This document shows, piece by piece, positions 42,048 to 52,228 of a stretch of 64,000 bases of DNA (positions within the stretch are counted from its first letter, which is position 1; each line of letters opens with the position of its first letter). The stretch covers positions 1-64,000 of the forward strand of contig JAXSPP010000005.1 in assembly GCA_037927135.1 (NCBI GenBank). Reading direction: 5' to 3'. The translations under genes and the position numbers were made by a program. The DNA comes from Candidatus Pampinifervens sinense (GTDB taxonomy: Bacteria; Aquificota; Aquificia; Aquificales; Aquificaceae). The notes under the pieces were generated by a model. That model was given only the letters and a program-made list of their open reading frames with translations, was not told the origin of the DNA and made no database searches.

Positions 42048-42076
42048 TTGACAAAACTTCACTAAAGTTTTATATT
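42048..42076 (+). promoter_or_regulatory. dnaK promoter
   Basis: TTGACA-N17-TATATT. Confidence 0.65.
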
Positions 42077-42109
42077 TTTTCAAAACTACCGATGAGGAGG
42101 TAAACAAGG

Positions 42110-43972
42110 ATGGCGGAGAAGATCATAGGTATAGACCTTGGAACTACAAACTCTGTGGTGGCCGTTATGATAGGCGATGAGCCTGTGGTCATACCAAATC
42201 AGGAGGGTTCAAGGCTCACACCTTCTGTGGTATCCTGGACAAAGGAAAAGGAGATTTTGGTAGGAGAGCCAGCCAAAAGGCGTGCCATACTTGACCCAGA
42301 GAACACTGTATACGAATCTAAAAGGTTTATAGGAAGAAAGTATGAAGAGGTTTTGGATGAGGCCAAAAGGGTCTCCTATAAGGTGGTTCCCGATGAGAAG
42401 GGAGATGCGAGCTTTGAGATTCCAAATATAGGCAGGAAGGTAAGGCCAGAGGAGGTAGGAGCCTATGTTCTCAAAAAGCTAAAAGAAGCTGCTGAAGCCT
42501 ACCTTGGTGAAAAGATAACAAAGGCGGTCATTACTGTGCCCGCATACTTTAACGAGAGGCAAAGGCAAGCTACAAAGGATGCTGGAAAGATAGCTGGTCT
42601 TGAAGTGGTAAGAATACTCAATGAGCCAACTGCAGCAGCCTTGGCCTACGGCCTTGACAAGAAGAGTGATGTAAGGATACTGGTCTATGATTTTGGCGGT
42701 GGCACCTTTGACGTTTCCATACTTGAAGGTGGAGAAGGGGTCATAGAGGTAAAGGCTACCGCTGGAGACACCCACCTTGGTGGTGCCAACATAGATGAGA
42801 GGATAATGGAATGGCTCATTGAAGAGTTCAAAAGGGAGACGGGAGTTGATTTAAGGAAGGACAGGACGGCCCTACAGAGATTAAAGGAGGCCAGCGAGCA
42901 GGCAAAGAAGGAGCTATCCTTCAAGCTTGAAACGGAGATAAACCTTCCCTTTATAACCATAGATCCATCCACCAACCAACCTCTGCACCTTCAAAAGAAG
43001 CTCACAAGGGCAAGACTTGAGGAGATGATAAAGGATCTTGTAGATAGGACCATAGAGATAGTAAAGAGGGCCCTTGAGGATGCCAAGCTCAGGCCTCAGG
43101 ATATTGACGAAGTAGTGCTTGTGGGAGGTTCTACAAGGATACCTCTTGTTCAACAAAGGATAAGGGAGTTCTTTGGAAAAGAGCCCCATAAGGGTGTGAA
43201 CCCCGATGAGGTGGTGGCAGTGGGTGCTGCCATACAGGCTGGTGTGATTGCGGGCCAAGTAAAAGAAATACTTTTGGTGGATGTTACACCCCTCTCCCTT
43301 GGTGTAGAAACCTACGGTGGCGTTATGACTGTCCTTATACCGAGGAACACACCCATACCCTACAGGAAGTGTGAGATATTTACCACTGCCAGCGACTATC
43401 AAACAGAAGTAGAGATACATGTGCTTCAAGGCGAACGCCCAATGGCAAAGGACAACAAGTCTTTAGGTAGGTTTTATCTTACTGGCATACCACCGGCTCC
43501 AAGAGGTGTGCCAAAGATAGAGGTATGCTTTGACATAGATGTGGATGGCATCCTTCATGTGACGGCAAAAGACTTGGCCACAGGTAAAGAGCAATCCATA
43601 AGGGTGCAGGCCTCTTCCGGCCTCACGCAGGAGGAGATAGAGAGGATGATAAGGGAAGCGCAGTTGCACGAAGAGGAGGACAGAAAGAAGAAGGAGCTTG
43701 TAGAGGCCAAGAACCAGCTAGACCATCACATATACAACCTTGAAAAGGTCTTAAGGGAAAACAGGGACAAGTTGCCGGCAGACCTTGTTTCCGAAGTGGA
43801 AAGGACCATAGATGAGGCCAAAAAGGTCTTTGCCACATCTCAGGATATCAACGAGGTAAAGAGGACAACGGAGAGAGTGTTGGAGGTTGCTGGAAAGGTA
43901 GGAAGCTATCTATATCAAGGGACTGGAAAGACGGGAGAAGGTGGAGATGTGATAGAGGGCAAGCCCATATGA
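42110..43972 (+). CDS. dnaK: chaperone DnaK
   Basis: [35 protein letters not shown]. Confidence 0.97.
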   Translation: MAEKIIGIDLGTTNSVVAVMIGDEPVVIPNQEGSRLTPSVVSWTKEKEILVGEPAKRRAILDPENTVYESKRFIGRKYEEVLDEAKRVSYKVVPDEKGDASFEIPNIGRKVRPEEVGAYVLKKLKEAAEAYLGEKITKAVITVPAYFNERQRQATKDAGKIAGLEVVRILNEPTAAALAYGLDKKSDVRILVYDFGGGTFDVSILEGGEGVIEVKATAGDTHLGGANIDERIMEWLIEEFKRETGVDLRKDRTALQRLKEASEQAKKELSFKLETEINLPFITIDPSTNQPLHLQKKLTRARLEEMIKDLVDRTIEIVKRALEDAKLRPQDIDEVVLVGGSTRIPLVQQRIREFFGKEPHKGVNPDEVVAVGAAIQAGVIAGQVKEILLVDVTPLSLGVETYGGVMTVLIPRNTPIPYRKCEIFTTASDYQTEVEIHVLQGERPMAKDNKSLGRFYLTGIPPAPRGVPKIEVCFDIDVDGILHVTAKDLATGKEQSIRVQASSGLTQEEIERMIREAQLHEEEDRKKKELVEAKNQLDHHIYNLEKVLRENRDKLPADLVSEVERTIDEAKKVFATSQDINEVKRTTERVLEVAGKVGSYLYQGTGKTGEGGDVIEGKPI

Positions 43973-43996
43973 GGTTTGCCCTCTTTTTATTTTTTT
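43954..43996 (+). terminator. intrinsic terminator of dnaK
   Basis: AGAGGGCAAGCC-N7-GGTTTGCCCTCT stem followed by TTTTATTTTTT. Confidence 0.85.
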
Positions 43997-44015
43997 GTGA
44001 TACAATGGCTTATTA

Positions 44016-44573
44016 ATGGTAAGGGTCTTTGTGGGCTTTTTTGTTACAAAGAAGATACAAGAGGCCGTTGAAAAGATACATTCTCAGGTGGATGACCTGA
44101 TAAGGGGAAAGTGGGTAGAGCCACAGAACTTTCATATGACCTTCCAATTCATAGGTGAGGTGCCACAAGAGAAGCTTGTGGATATTTTAAAAAGTCTTCA
44201 AGAAACTGCTCAAGAGCTAAAGCCTGTAAGGGTAAAGTATAAGGGGCTTGGTGTTTTCCCAAACGTTGACAAGGCAAGGATACTTTGGATAGGTATATCG
44301 GAAGGACACAGACAGCTCATAGAGATGTCAAAAGCTATAGTGAGAGCAAACAGGCGCATAGGTATAAAGAATGAAGGCAAGCCCTTCTACCCCCATGTGA
44401 CCATCTGTAGGATAAAGGAGTTTGAAAAGAGGGCCCTCAAAAACCTGCTTCGCCAGTATGAGCATACAAGCTTTGGTGAAGATTTGGTAGATAGGGTAGC
44501 CCTCATAAAGAGCTCCTTGACCTCCGTTGGACCTATATACACCGTCATAGAGGAGTTTTACCTAAATGGCTGA
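44016..44573 (+). CDS. thpR: RNA 2',3'-cyclic phosphodiesterase (2H family)
   Basis: Two HxT motifs (FHMTFQF, PHVTICR). Confidence 0.9.
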   Translation: MVRVFVGFFVTKKIQEAVEKIHSQVDDLIRGKWVEPQNFHMTFQFIGEVPQEKLVDILKSLQETAQELKPVRVKYKGLGVFPNVDKARILWIGISEGHRQLIEMSKAIVRANRRIGIKNEGKPFYPHVTICRIKEFEKRALKNLLRQYEHTSFGEDLVDRVALIKSSLTSVGPIYTVIEEFYLNG

Positions 44574-45573
44574 GTGGACCTACGAGAAAGCAGGAGTGAG
44601 TTTAGAGAGGGCAGAAGCCTTTGTGGAGTATATAAAACAAAAGGTGAAGACTTTGCCAAAGGAGGCCCTTCTCTTTGGAAGCTTTGCCAGTGGGATAAGC
44701 CTAAAGGGCTATAAGGATCCAGTTATCATGATGACAACCGACGGAGTTGGCACAAAGCTAAAAGTGGCTCAAAAGGTAGGGGTGCACCATACTGTGGGAA
44801 TGGACCTTGTGGCTATGAACGTTAACGACATCCTTGCCACAGGAGCAAAGCCTTTGGCCTTCCTTGACTACATAGCGGTGGGTAGGATAGACCTTAATGT
44901 GCTAAAAAGGGTTATGGATGGCATAGTGGAAGGCTGTAGGATGGCAGGGGTTACCCTTGTGGGCGGAGAGACGGCCGAGATGCCAGACTTTTATCCAGAG
45001 GGCACATACGACCTTGCAGGCTTTTGTGTAGGTGTGTGTGAAAGGGGGGAGCTTGTTACAGGTCAGGATATAAAACCGGGTGATGTAATAATAGGCTTTC
45101 CTTCCTCTGGCTTTCACAGCAACGGCTACAGCCTCATAAGGAAGATACTGGAGAGCAAAGGAATAAGCTACAACGATAGGTTTGAGGGAACGGACAAGAA
45201 GGTGTGGGAAGTGCTTTTAGAACCTACAAAGATATACGTGGAGGAGGTGGAAAAGATAAAGGAAGCTAAAGTTTCAATAAAGGGGATGGCGCATATAACC
45301 GGTGGTGGCATACCTGGAAATCTCATAAGGATACTTCCAGAAAACTGCAAGGCCATCGTTGAAACTGATAAAATACCAAGGAACTCTATTTTTGATTGGA
45401 TTAGGGAGTTAGGAAGGGTGCCTATAGAGGAGATGTATAGAACCTTTAACATGGGTGTAGGGTTTATGGTGGTAATAGACAAGAGGGATGTGGAAAAGGT
45501 ACTAAAGGCTGTAGAGTCTTCCTTTGTGTGTGGATACATTGAGGAGGGTAAAAGGGATGTGGTCCTTGTGTAA
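44566..45573 (+). CDS. purM: phosphoribosylformylglycinamidine cyclo-ligase
   Basis: TDGVGTK, GGETAEMP, SSGFHSNGYSL, AHITGGG, TFNMG. Confidence 0.96.
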   Translation: MAEWTYEKAGVSLERAEAFVEYIKQKVKTLPKEALLFGSFASGISLKGYKDPVIMMTTDGVGTKLKVAQKVGVHHTVGMDLVAMNVNDILATGAKPLAFLDYIAVGRIDLNVLKRVMDGIVEGCRMAGVTLVGGETAEMPDFYPEGTYDLAGFCVGVCERGELVTGQDIKPGDVIIGFPSSGFHSNGYSLIRKILESKGISYNDRFEGTDKKVWEVLLEPTKIYVEEVEKIKEAKVSIKGMAHITGGGIPGNLIRILPENCKAIVETDKIPRNSIFDWIRELGRVPIEEMYRTFNMGVGFMVVIDKRDVEKVLKAVESSFVCGYIEEGKRDVVLV

Positions 45574-47890
45574 AGTTTTTATACTTCTTTTTTTCCTTGT
45601 AGGCTACTCTTTTGCGCAGATAATAAAAGAGATAAGGATTGAGGGGGCACAGTATGTGCCAGAAGATGTGATCCTTGGACTCATAAACATCAAAAGTGGA
45701 AGCCTATACAGTCTAGAGCTTGTAAGGGAAAGCATTAGGCGTATGTACAGGAGCGGTTTTTTTGATCAGGTGGAGGTGTATGAGGAAAGGGAGGGAGATA
45801 GGGTGGTTCTCATATACAGGGTGAAGGATCTGCCCGTCATTTACAAGATTGAATTTCAAGGAAACAGGAGGATAAAGTCGGAGGATCTGGAAAAAAGGAT
45901 AGGGATAGAGACTGAGGTTGGAAGGATAGATATAGAAGAGCTCACAAAAGGCTACACCTCTTCCCCGGCCATAGAGGAGAGGCTTGAGATACAAAGAAGG
46001 CTTAAGCTTGGGAGGGTGCTTACACGGGAAGAGATGGAGTATATAAAACGGAAGATAGTAGAGGCTTACGCTAAGGAAGGCTATCCCAATGTGGAGGTAG
46101 ATTATAAGCTTGTGCCCAAAAAGGGAGCATCAAAGCTTGTCTATGTCATAAAGGAGGGAGAGTCCCAATATGTGGGTAGTATTAAGTTTGAGGGAAACAA
46201 AAGCTTTGGAAGGGGGAAGCTACTTGGAATTATGGATACAAAGCCAGTAAGCCTGCTTGCCTTCAGGCTAAAACCCCCCTTTAGTGAGGAAGTCTTAAGG
46301 GAAGATATAAGAAAAATAAGGGATTTTTATCGTTCGGAAGGCTTTCTTGAAGCCCAAGTGGATTACCTTCTAAAAAAGGAAGGAAACAGGTATGAGATAA
46401 CCATAAGGATAAAAGAAGGGCCAAGATACAAGCTCAAGGATGTAAGCATAGAGGGAAATACACTCTTTGCCTATAGAGAACTTGTTGGGGACATTCTCAA
46501 AAAGAACAAAGGAGGCTATTACAGAAGGGAGGTGGTTGAAAAGTTAAAAGAGAACATAAAAAGGAAGTATTCGGATATAGGCTTTTTGGGTGTTTCTGTA
46601 GAGGAGATAGAGAAGGTGGATGTAGATAAAAAGAGTGTAAGCCTTAGTTTAAAGGTTCATGAGGGTGAGCCAGTTTACGTTGGAAGGATTGATGTGGAAG
46701 GCAACTATGAATCAAGGGACTATGTGATAAGGAGGGAGCTAAGGTTTCAGGAAGGGGAGCTAGCAAACCTAAAAGAGATGGAAAGGTCTAGGACAAGGAT
46801 CTTTAACCTTGGCTACTATGAGGATGTATCCATAGAACCTTTCCCTTCCGAAGGGAAGAATTGGAATTTCGTGGCAAAGGTGAGGGAGCGCTTCACCGGT
46901 CAGTTCTCTGTAGGACTTGGATACAATCAAGTTACTGGTATCTCTGGCTTTGTATCTTTGCGCAAAGGCAATTTCTTGGGCACGGGCGATATAGCGGGCA
47001 TATCCATCTCCTACGGAAGCAGGTACAAGGATAACTCCCTTTCTTACACAAAAAAATGGTTTCTCAATAAACCTATAGACCTTACCGGTTCTGTTTATGA
47101 CCGGAGGATAGAATACACCACCTATACGGTGGAGAGATCTGGAATAGACTTTATATTCTCAAGGGAGTTTGCCGAGTTTTGGAGAGTCAGTTCTGGCGTA
47201 AGCTTCCAGAGGGTAAGCTACAAGGATATATCTCCTCAAGCATCATCCTTGCTACAGCAAGAGGCTGGAACAAGACAATCAAGAAAGTTTCTTTTTAGCA
47301 TAACAAGGGATACAAGGGATAACTACCTTTTCCCATCTAAGGGAGCTCTTACAGAAATAAGCTATTCGGTGGCGGTACCAGTGCTTGGGGGCAATGAAAG
47401 GTTCAACAAAGTGGTCCTCTCTCACCAGCATTTCTTTAAAGACAGATGGCTTGATACTGGCTTAATATTCTCCATTAAAGGTGTATTGGGAGTGGTAGAG
47501 CCCTATGGGAATAAAAGGGTGCCCCTTGATGAACGCTTCTTTGTAGGCGGAGACTTTACCGTGAGAGGATACAAATACGGCTATGCTGGCCCTTTAGACC
47601 CAAACACCAAAGAACCAATAGGCTCTAAAAAGGAGTTTATCATGTCTGCGGAAATAAACTACCCCCTCTATAAGAACATCCTATATGGAGCAGTTTTTTA
47701 CGATACAGGCCTTGGTTTTGACGATTGGAAGGAATTGAGAGCGCAGAATTTAAAGGGTGGTTTTGGTGTGGGCATCAGGTTTATAACGCCCTTTGCTCCA
47801 ATAAAGCTGGATTGGGCCTTTAAAACCAAAAAAGTTCCTGGTGATACATCAAGGAGTAAGCTACACTTTGTTCTTGGAGTGTTCTTCTGA
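45557..47890 (+). CDS. bamA: outer membrane protein assembly factor BamA
   Basis: Signal peptide, POTRA repeats, VRGY loop, GIRFITPFAPIKLD, C-terminal F. Confidence 0.92.
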   Translation: MWSLCKVFILLFFLVGYSFAQIIKEIRIEGAQYVPEDVILGLINIKSGSLYSLELVRESIRRMYRSGFFDQVEVYEEREGDRVVLIYRVKDLPVIYKIEFQGNRRIKSEDLEKRIGIETEVGRIDIEELTKGYTSSPAIEERLEIQRRLKLGRVLTREEMEYIKRKIVEAYAKEGYPNVEVDYKLVPKKGASKLVYVIKEGESQYVGSIKFEGNKSFGRGKLLGIMDTKPVSLLAFRLKPPFSEEVLREDIRKIRDFYRSEGFLEAQVDYLLKKEGNRYEITIRIKEGPRYKLKDVSIEGNTLFAYRELVGDILKKNKGGYYRREVVEKLKENIKRKYSDIGFLGVSVEEIEKVDVDKKSVSLSLKVHEGEPVYVGRIDVEGNYESRDYVIRRELRFQEGELANLKEMERSRTRIFNLGYYEDVSIEPFPSEGKNWNFVAKVRERFTGQFSVGLGYNQVTGISGFVSLRKGNFLGTGDIAGISISYGSRYKDNSLSYTKKWFLNKPIDLTGSVYDRRIEYTTYTVERSGIDFIFSREFAEFWRVSSGVSFQRVSYKDISPQASSLLQQEAGTRQSRKFLFSITRDTRDNYLFPSKGALTEISYSVAVPVLGGNERFNKVVLSHQHFFKDRWLDTGLIFSIKGVLGVVEPYGNKRVPLDERFFVGGDFTVRGYKYGYAGPLDPNTKEPIGSKKEFIMSAEINYPLYKNILYGAVFYDTGLGFDDWKELRAQNLKGGFGVGIRFITPFAPIKLDWAFKTKKVPGDTSRSKLHFVLGVFF

Positions 47891-48690
47891 TGATACCTAG
47901 GGCTTTGACTATAGCTGGGTCGGATAGTGGAGGGGGTGCGGGCATACAGGCCGACCTTAAAACCTTTACAGTGCTTGGTGTATATGGCATGAGCGCCATA
48001 ACTTCCATAACTGTTCAAAATACAATAGGTGTATACAGTCTTTTTGACATACCCCCCAAGCTTGTCTACGATCAGATAAAGGTTGTGGTAGAAGACATTG
48101 GGGTGGATGCGTGCAAAACTGGTATGCTTTCCAACGAGGAAACAATAAAGGTGGTTGCTAAAGCTATAAAGGAGTTTAGGCTTGAAAAGTTTGTGCTTGA
48201 CCCTGTAATGAAGGCAAAATCGGGTGACCCACTTCTAAAGGAATCTGCAAAGGATGTATTGATTAAAGAGCTGATTCCCTTGGCGCTTGTGATCACACCG
48301 AACATTCCAGAAGCTGAAGAGCTTTGCGGTTTTAAGATAAGTGGGCTGGAGGATATGGAAAAGGCCTGTAGAAAAATTTACTCCTTGGGGTGTTCTGCAG
48401 TGGTTCTAAAAGGTGGACATTTAGAAGGGGATGAAGCTATAGATATCTTTTACGATGGAAGAGGCTTTGAATACCTTATAGGCAAAAAGGTAATTACAAA
48501 GAACACACACGGCACAGGCTGTACTTTTTCTTCGGCCATAACTTCTTACCTGGCAAAGGGCTTTAGTTTAAAGGATGCGGTAAAAAAGGCAAAGGAGTTT
48601 GTGCAAGGGGCCATAGAACACTCCTTACCTTTAGGGAAGGGACATGGGCCACTGAACCATCTTTGGCCCTTCTATTCCTTTAGCACATAG
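47890..48690 (+). CDS. thiD: hydroxymethylpyrimidine/phosphomethylpyrimidine kinase
   Basis: TIAGSDSGGGAGIQADLK, HGTGCT. Confidence 0.96.
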   Translation: MIPRALTIAGSDSGGGAGIQADLKTFTVLGVYGMSAITSITVQNTIGVYSLFDIPPKLVYDQIKVVVEDIGVDACKTGMLSNEETIKVVAKAIKEFRLEKFVLDPVMKAKSGDPLLKESAKDVLIKELIPLALVITPNIPEAEELCGFKISGLEDMEKACRKIYSLGCSAVVLKGGHLEGDEAIDIFYDGRGFEYLIGKKVITKNTHGTGCTFSSAITSYLAKGFSLKDAVKKAKEFVQGAIEHSLPLGKGHGPLNHLWPFYSFST

Positions 48691-49025
48691 GCTATAGCTA
48701 CAGAATATTCCCTTTCGTGTGAAAGGGAAACGAGAACCTTACAATCTTCAAAACCTTTTCTTAGTATCCTTACGCGAGCAGGCTTCCCTCTGTCTCCCAA
48801 AACTTCAACCTCTGAAAGTCTAAGCATTACACCATAGGCTTGATAAAAGGCCTTGAGGACTGCCTCTTTGCAAGCCCATCTGGCAGATAAGCATTCATAG
48901 AAAGCCTTTTGATTTTGACAATACCTTAGCTCCTCTTCCGTATAAACCCTTTTTAAGAATCTCTCACCATATCTTTCTACAGCCTCTTTTATCCTCTGGT
49001 TTTTAACTATATCAACACCCACCAT
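48672..49025 (-). CDS. acpS: holo-ACP synthase
   Basis: GVDIV, ARWACKEA..KA, VSLSHE. Confidence 0.92.
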   Translation of the reverse strand: MVGVDIVKNQRIKEAVERYGERFLKRVYTEEELRYCQNQKAFYECLSARWACKEAVLKAFYQAYGVMLRLSEVEVLGDRGKPARVRILRKGFEDCKVLVSLSHEREYSVAIAYVLKE

Positions 49026-49041
49026 GATAAACTATCTTATT

Positions 49042-49800
49042 ATGCACCTTCTCTGGTTTAGCCTAGCATGTTATTTTCTTGCCCTCCTATCATCCTTAGC
49101 TTACCACCTTTCCCCTTCTATGAAAAAACCCGTCCTTTTTACCATATTTCTGGGATGGCTTTTCTATGTAGTTTATGTTATAAAAGTGGCGGTAAGCATA
49201 GGGAGTTTCCCTTTTGCAGATGTATACGGCTTTTATTCTCTACTTGGAAACTTTATGCTTTTTATCTTCCTTATATCTTCCATAAAATTTGAACAAATTC
49301 AAAAGTTTTTAGCCTTCTTTTCACTTTTAGGTTTGCTTTCCACCCTCCTTGCCCTTCCTGCAGAGCCGTCTCCTTACAAAAATCCATTGTATTCTTTACA
49401 CATAACCTTTGCACTTCTTTCTTACCTTTCCTCCTTTATGGCAGGATCCCTTTCTCTAATAAAGTTCATAGTTGAAGCAAAGCTTAGGCATAAGAGTTTA
49501 GGTGGTTTTTTTATGCCTCTTAACTACCTAAGAAAAGGTGAAAGAATCCTTATAAATCTTTGTTTTATATCCCTTACATTTACGCTTTTGTTTGGAAGTT
49601 TGTGGAGTAGAAGCTATTTTGGAAAGCATTGGATAAACGACCCAAAGCTGATGTATGTACTCTTCTTATGGTTATACTATGCCATTCTTGTCCATCTTAA
49701 CTTGCTAAGAAGGATAAAGCCCAGAACATTGTCTTATGGGATAATAATAGGAGCCTTTCTTCTTTTGCTGAACCTTTTGTTTATAAGGCATGAGTTGTAA
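49042..49800 (+). CDS. ccsA: cytochrome c assembly membrane protein (CcsA family)
   Basis: LHITFALLSY, WWD-like GSLWS...W..DPK; 8 TM; start ATG 49042. Confidence 0.75.
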   Translation: MHLLWFSLACYFLALLSSLAYHLSPSMKKPVLFTIFLGWLFYVVYVIKVAVSIGSFPFADVYGFYSLLGNFMLFIFLISSIKFEQIQKFLAFFSLLGLLSTLLALPAEPSPYKNPLYSLHITFALLSYLSSFMAGSLSLIKFIVEAKLRHKSLGGFFMPLNYLRKGERILINLCFISLTFTLLFGSLWSRSYFGKHWINDPKLMYVLFLWLYYAILVHLNLLRRIKPRTLSYGIIIGAFLLLLNLLFIRHEL

Positions 49801-50305
49801 GAGGATATTCCTTATAGGTTTTATGTGTAGTGGTAAAAGCACGGTGGGAAGGTTGCTTTCTTCAAAGCTTGGCTGGTCTTTCAAGGATGTGGATGAGGAA
49901 GTGGAAAGATTGGAAAAAATGACCATTTCACAGATCTTTGAGGAAAAGGGGGAGGATTACTTTAGAAATGTAGAACTGAAGGTACTTGAAAGGTTATGTG
50001 AAGAAGAATATGTGGTAATCAGTACTGGGGGAGGTCTAGGGGCAAACCTTCATGCCTTAGACCTTATGAAATCAAAAGGTTTGGTGGTATGGCTAAAGGT
50101 GGACTTTGAAACCTTCTTGGAAAGGTGTGGAAAGGATACGTCAAGGCCCCTTTTGAGGAGGAGCAGGGAGGATCTTTTGAAGCTTTTCAAAGAGAGGGGC
50201 GAAAGGTATGCTTGTGCGCATATAACCCTTGACGCTCTTTTAAAACCTGAGGAATTGGCAGAAAGGATAATCCAATTTTGCAAAGGTTTGCAAGATGATT
50301 TATAA
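49790..50305 (+). CDS. aroK: shikimate kinase
   Basis: GFMCSGKSTVG, GEDYFR..E, STGGG, RPLL. Confidence 0.93.
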   Translation: MSCKRIFLIGFMCSGKSTVGRLLSSKLGWSFKDVDEEVERLEKMTISQIFEEKGEDYFRNVELKVLERLCEEEYVVISTGGGLGANLHALDLMKSKGLVVWLKVDFETFLERCGKDTSRPLLRRSREDLLKLFKERGERYACAHITLDALLKPEELAERIIQFCKGLQDDL

Positions 50306-50325
50306 TGAACTAGGAGGAGGAAGGT

Positions 50326-51069
50326 ATGATAAAAAAGTGGAGTTTATTATCCCTCCTATTTGCAACCATTTTTGTCGTTGGAGCATGTGGGCAAGGCTCT
50401 GCCAAATGTCCTACAAAGGATGAAGTAAAGGCACATGTAAAAGACTTCATACCGCAGGATTTTACCGTTGAGTCTGTCTCTCAAATGCAAGATATAAAAG
50501 GGCTTTGTGAGGTTGTGATAAAGGTAGGTGCCCAGCCTTTAGTCTTCTATATGGATACTCAAGGTAAATATGTGCTTGCGGGAAATCTCATAAGCATAAA
50601 AGATAAAAGGAACATCACAAGGGAGAGACAGCAAGAGTTTTTCAAAGTATCTGCAGAACAGCTAAAAGAGCTTGAAAAACATGTAAATATAAAACTTGGG
50701 GAAGGAAACAAATACATCTACTTTATAACAGACCCAGACTGTCCCTTCTGCAAAAGAAGCAACCCTATAGTAGAGGAGTGGGCAAAGAAGAACAAGGTGG
50801 AGGTAAGGGTGGTGCTCTTCCCTCTTCCCATACATCCCGAAGCCTTTGGAAAATCGGTAGCTATGGTTTGTGATAAGGTTGGTTGGAAGGAGTATGTGCA
50901 AGGATACACATCGCAGAATCAATGTGAGGAAGGAAAAAGGGCTGTGCAGGCAAACCTTGAATTTTTACAAAAGCTTGGTATAAATGGAACACCTACCTTC
51001 ATAGGTATGAACGGTAAGATGCACTCAGGAGTTCCTACGGAAGAGGATCTAAACAGGTTAATAAGATGA
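50326..51069 (+). CDS. dsbC: DsbC-family thiol:disulfide isomerase (lipoprotein)
   Basis: Lipobox VGAC, TDPDCPFC, FPLPIH, GINGTP. Confidence 0.85.
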   Translation: MIKKWSLLSLLFATIFVVGACGQGSAKCPTKDEVKAHVKDFIPQDFTVESVSQMQDIKGLCEVVIKVGAQPLVFYMDTQGKYVLAGNLISIKDKRNITRERQQEFFKVSAEQLKELEKHVNIKLGEGNKYIYFITDPDCPFCKRSNPIVEEWAKKNKVEVRVVLFPLPIHPEAFGKSVAMVCDKVGWKEYVQGYTSQNQCEEGKRAVQANLEFLQKLGINGTPTFIGMNGKMHSGVPTEEDLNRLIR

Positions 51070-52212
51070 ATGGATTGGATCTGGGAAGAGCTAGAAAAGC
51101 TTAAAGCTTCAAATTTAATAAGAAGTAGGATATTAAGGGAAGGTTTAAAGGATTTTTGCTCTAACGATTACCTTGCTTTAAGGGACCACCCTCAGGTGAT
51201 AGAAGAGGTCATAAGGGTTTTAAAAGATTACGGTTTAGGTTCTGGTGCCTCCCCTTTAGTTTCTGGATACACAAAGTATCACAAGGATCTAGAAGAAAGC
51301 CTTGCCTCTTTTAAAGGAACACCTTGCTGTGTCCTTTTTGGCTCGGGCTACCTTGCCAACATTGGCACGATTCAAGCCTTGGTGGATGAAAGGGATCTCA
51401 TTCTTAGCGACCAGCTGAACCATGCTAGCATTATAGATGGATGCAGAATCTCTAAGGCCACAGTCTTAGTATACAGGCACAGAGACTATGAACATCTTGA
51501 AGAGTTGCTAAAAAGCCATAGAAAAAATTACAGGAGATGTTTGATCGTTAGCGACACCGTCTTTAGTATGGATGGTGATATAGCCCATATACCCACTTTG
51601 AAAAAACTCTCCGAAGCTTATGACTGTATGCTTTATTTAGATGAAGCTCATGCTACCGGTGTTTTGGGAAGCTCTGGCAGGGGTGGGCTGGAATTTTTTA
51701 AGGAAGATTGGAAAGACTACATAATAATCATGGGAACACTTTCAAAGGCCTTAGGCTCTTATGGAGCCTTTGTGTGCGGTTCTGAAAAGTTGTGTGCATA
51801 CTTTGTAAACAAAGCAAGAAGTCTTATATTCTCTACCTCTCTTCCACCATCCCTTTGCGCTGGAGCAAAAAAGGCCCTTGAGATTATCCAAAGGGAGCCA
51901 TGGAGAGTAGAGAGGCTTAGAAGCTTAAGTGAAAAGCTCTATAGCCAAATAAAGGCTTTGGGCTTTGAGGTGTTATTTTATAGAACTCCCATACTACCCA
52001 TAATGGTCTATGAGGAAAGAAGGGCTGTAGAGATAAGGGATAAGCTTTTGGAAAAAGGAGTATTCCTTCAAGCCATTAGATATCCCACCGTTCCAAAGGG
52101 AAAAGCAAGGCTTAGACTGACTGCAAGCCTAAGGTACACAGAGGAAGATATTATCCTGCTCCTTGAAGCGTTAAAAAACGTTCCCCCTCCCACCCCTACA
52201 CCCCCTCCGTAG
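51070..52212 (+). CDS. bioF: 8-amino-7-oxononanoate synthase
   Basis: FCSNDYL, NHASIIDG, FSMDGD, DEAHA, GTLSKALG. Confidence 0.93.
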   Translation: MDWIWEELEKLKASNLIRSRILREGLKDFCSNDYLALRDHPQVIEEVIRVLKDYGLGSGASPLVSGYTKYHKDLEESLASFKGTPCCVLFGSGYLANIGTIQALVDERDLILSDQLNHASIIDGCRISKATVLVYRHRDYEHLEELLKSHRKNYRRCLIVSDTVFSMDGDIAHIPTLKKLSEAYDCMLYLDEAHATGVLGSSGRGGLEFFKEDWKDYIIIMGTLSKALGSYGAFVCGSEKLCAYFVNKARSLIFSTSLPPSLCAGAKKALEIIQREPWRVERLRSLSEKLYSQIKALGFEVLFYRTPILPIMVYEERRAVEIRDKLLEKGVFLQAIRYPTVPKGKARLRLTASLRYTEEDIILLLEALKNVPPPTPTPPP

Positions 52213-52228
52213 CCCCCGCTCTTATAAA

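Noticed and set aside
42000-42109. CIRCE or HAIR heat-shock operators before dnaK
   Set aside because: Neither TTAGCACTC-N9-GAGTGCTAA nor CTTGAGT-N7-ACTCAAG is present
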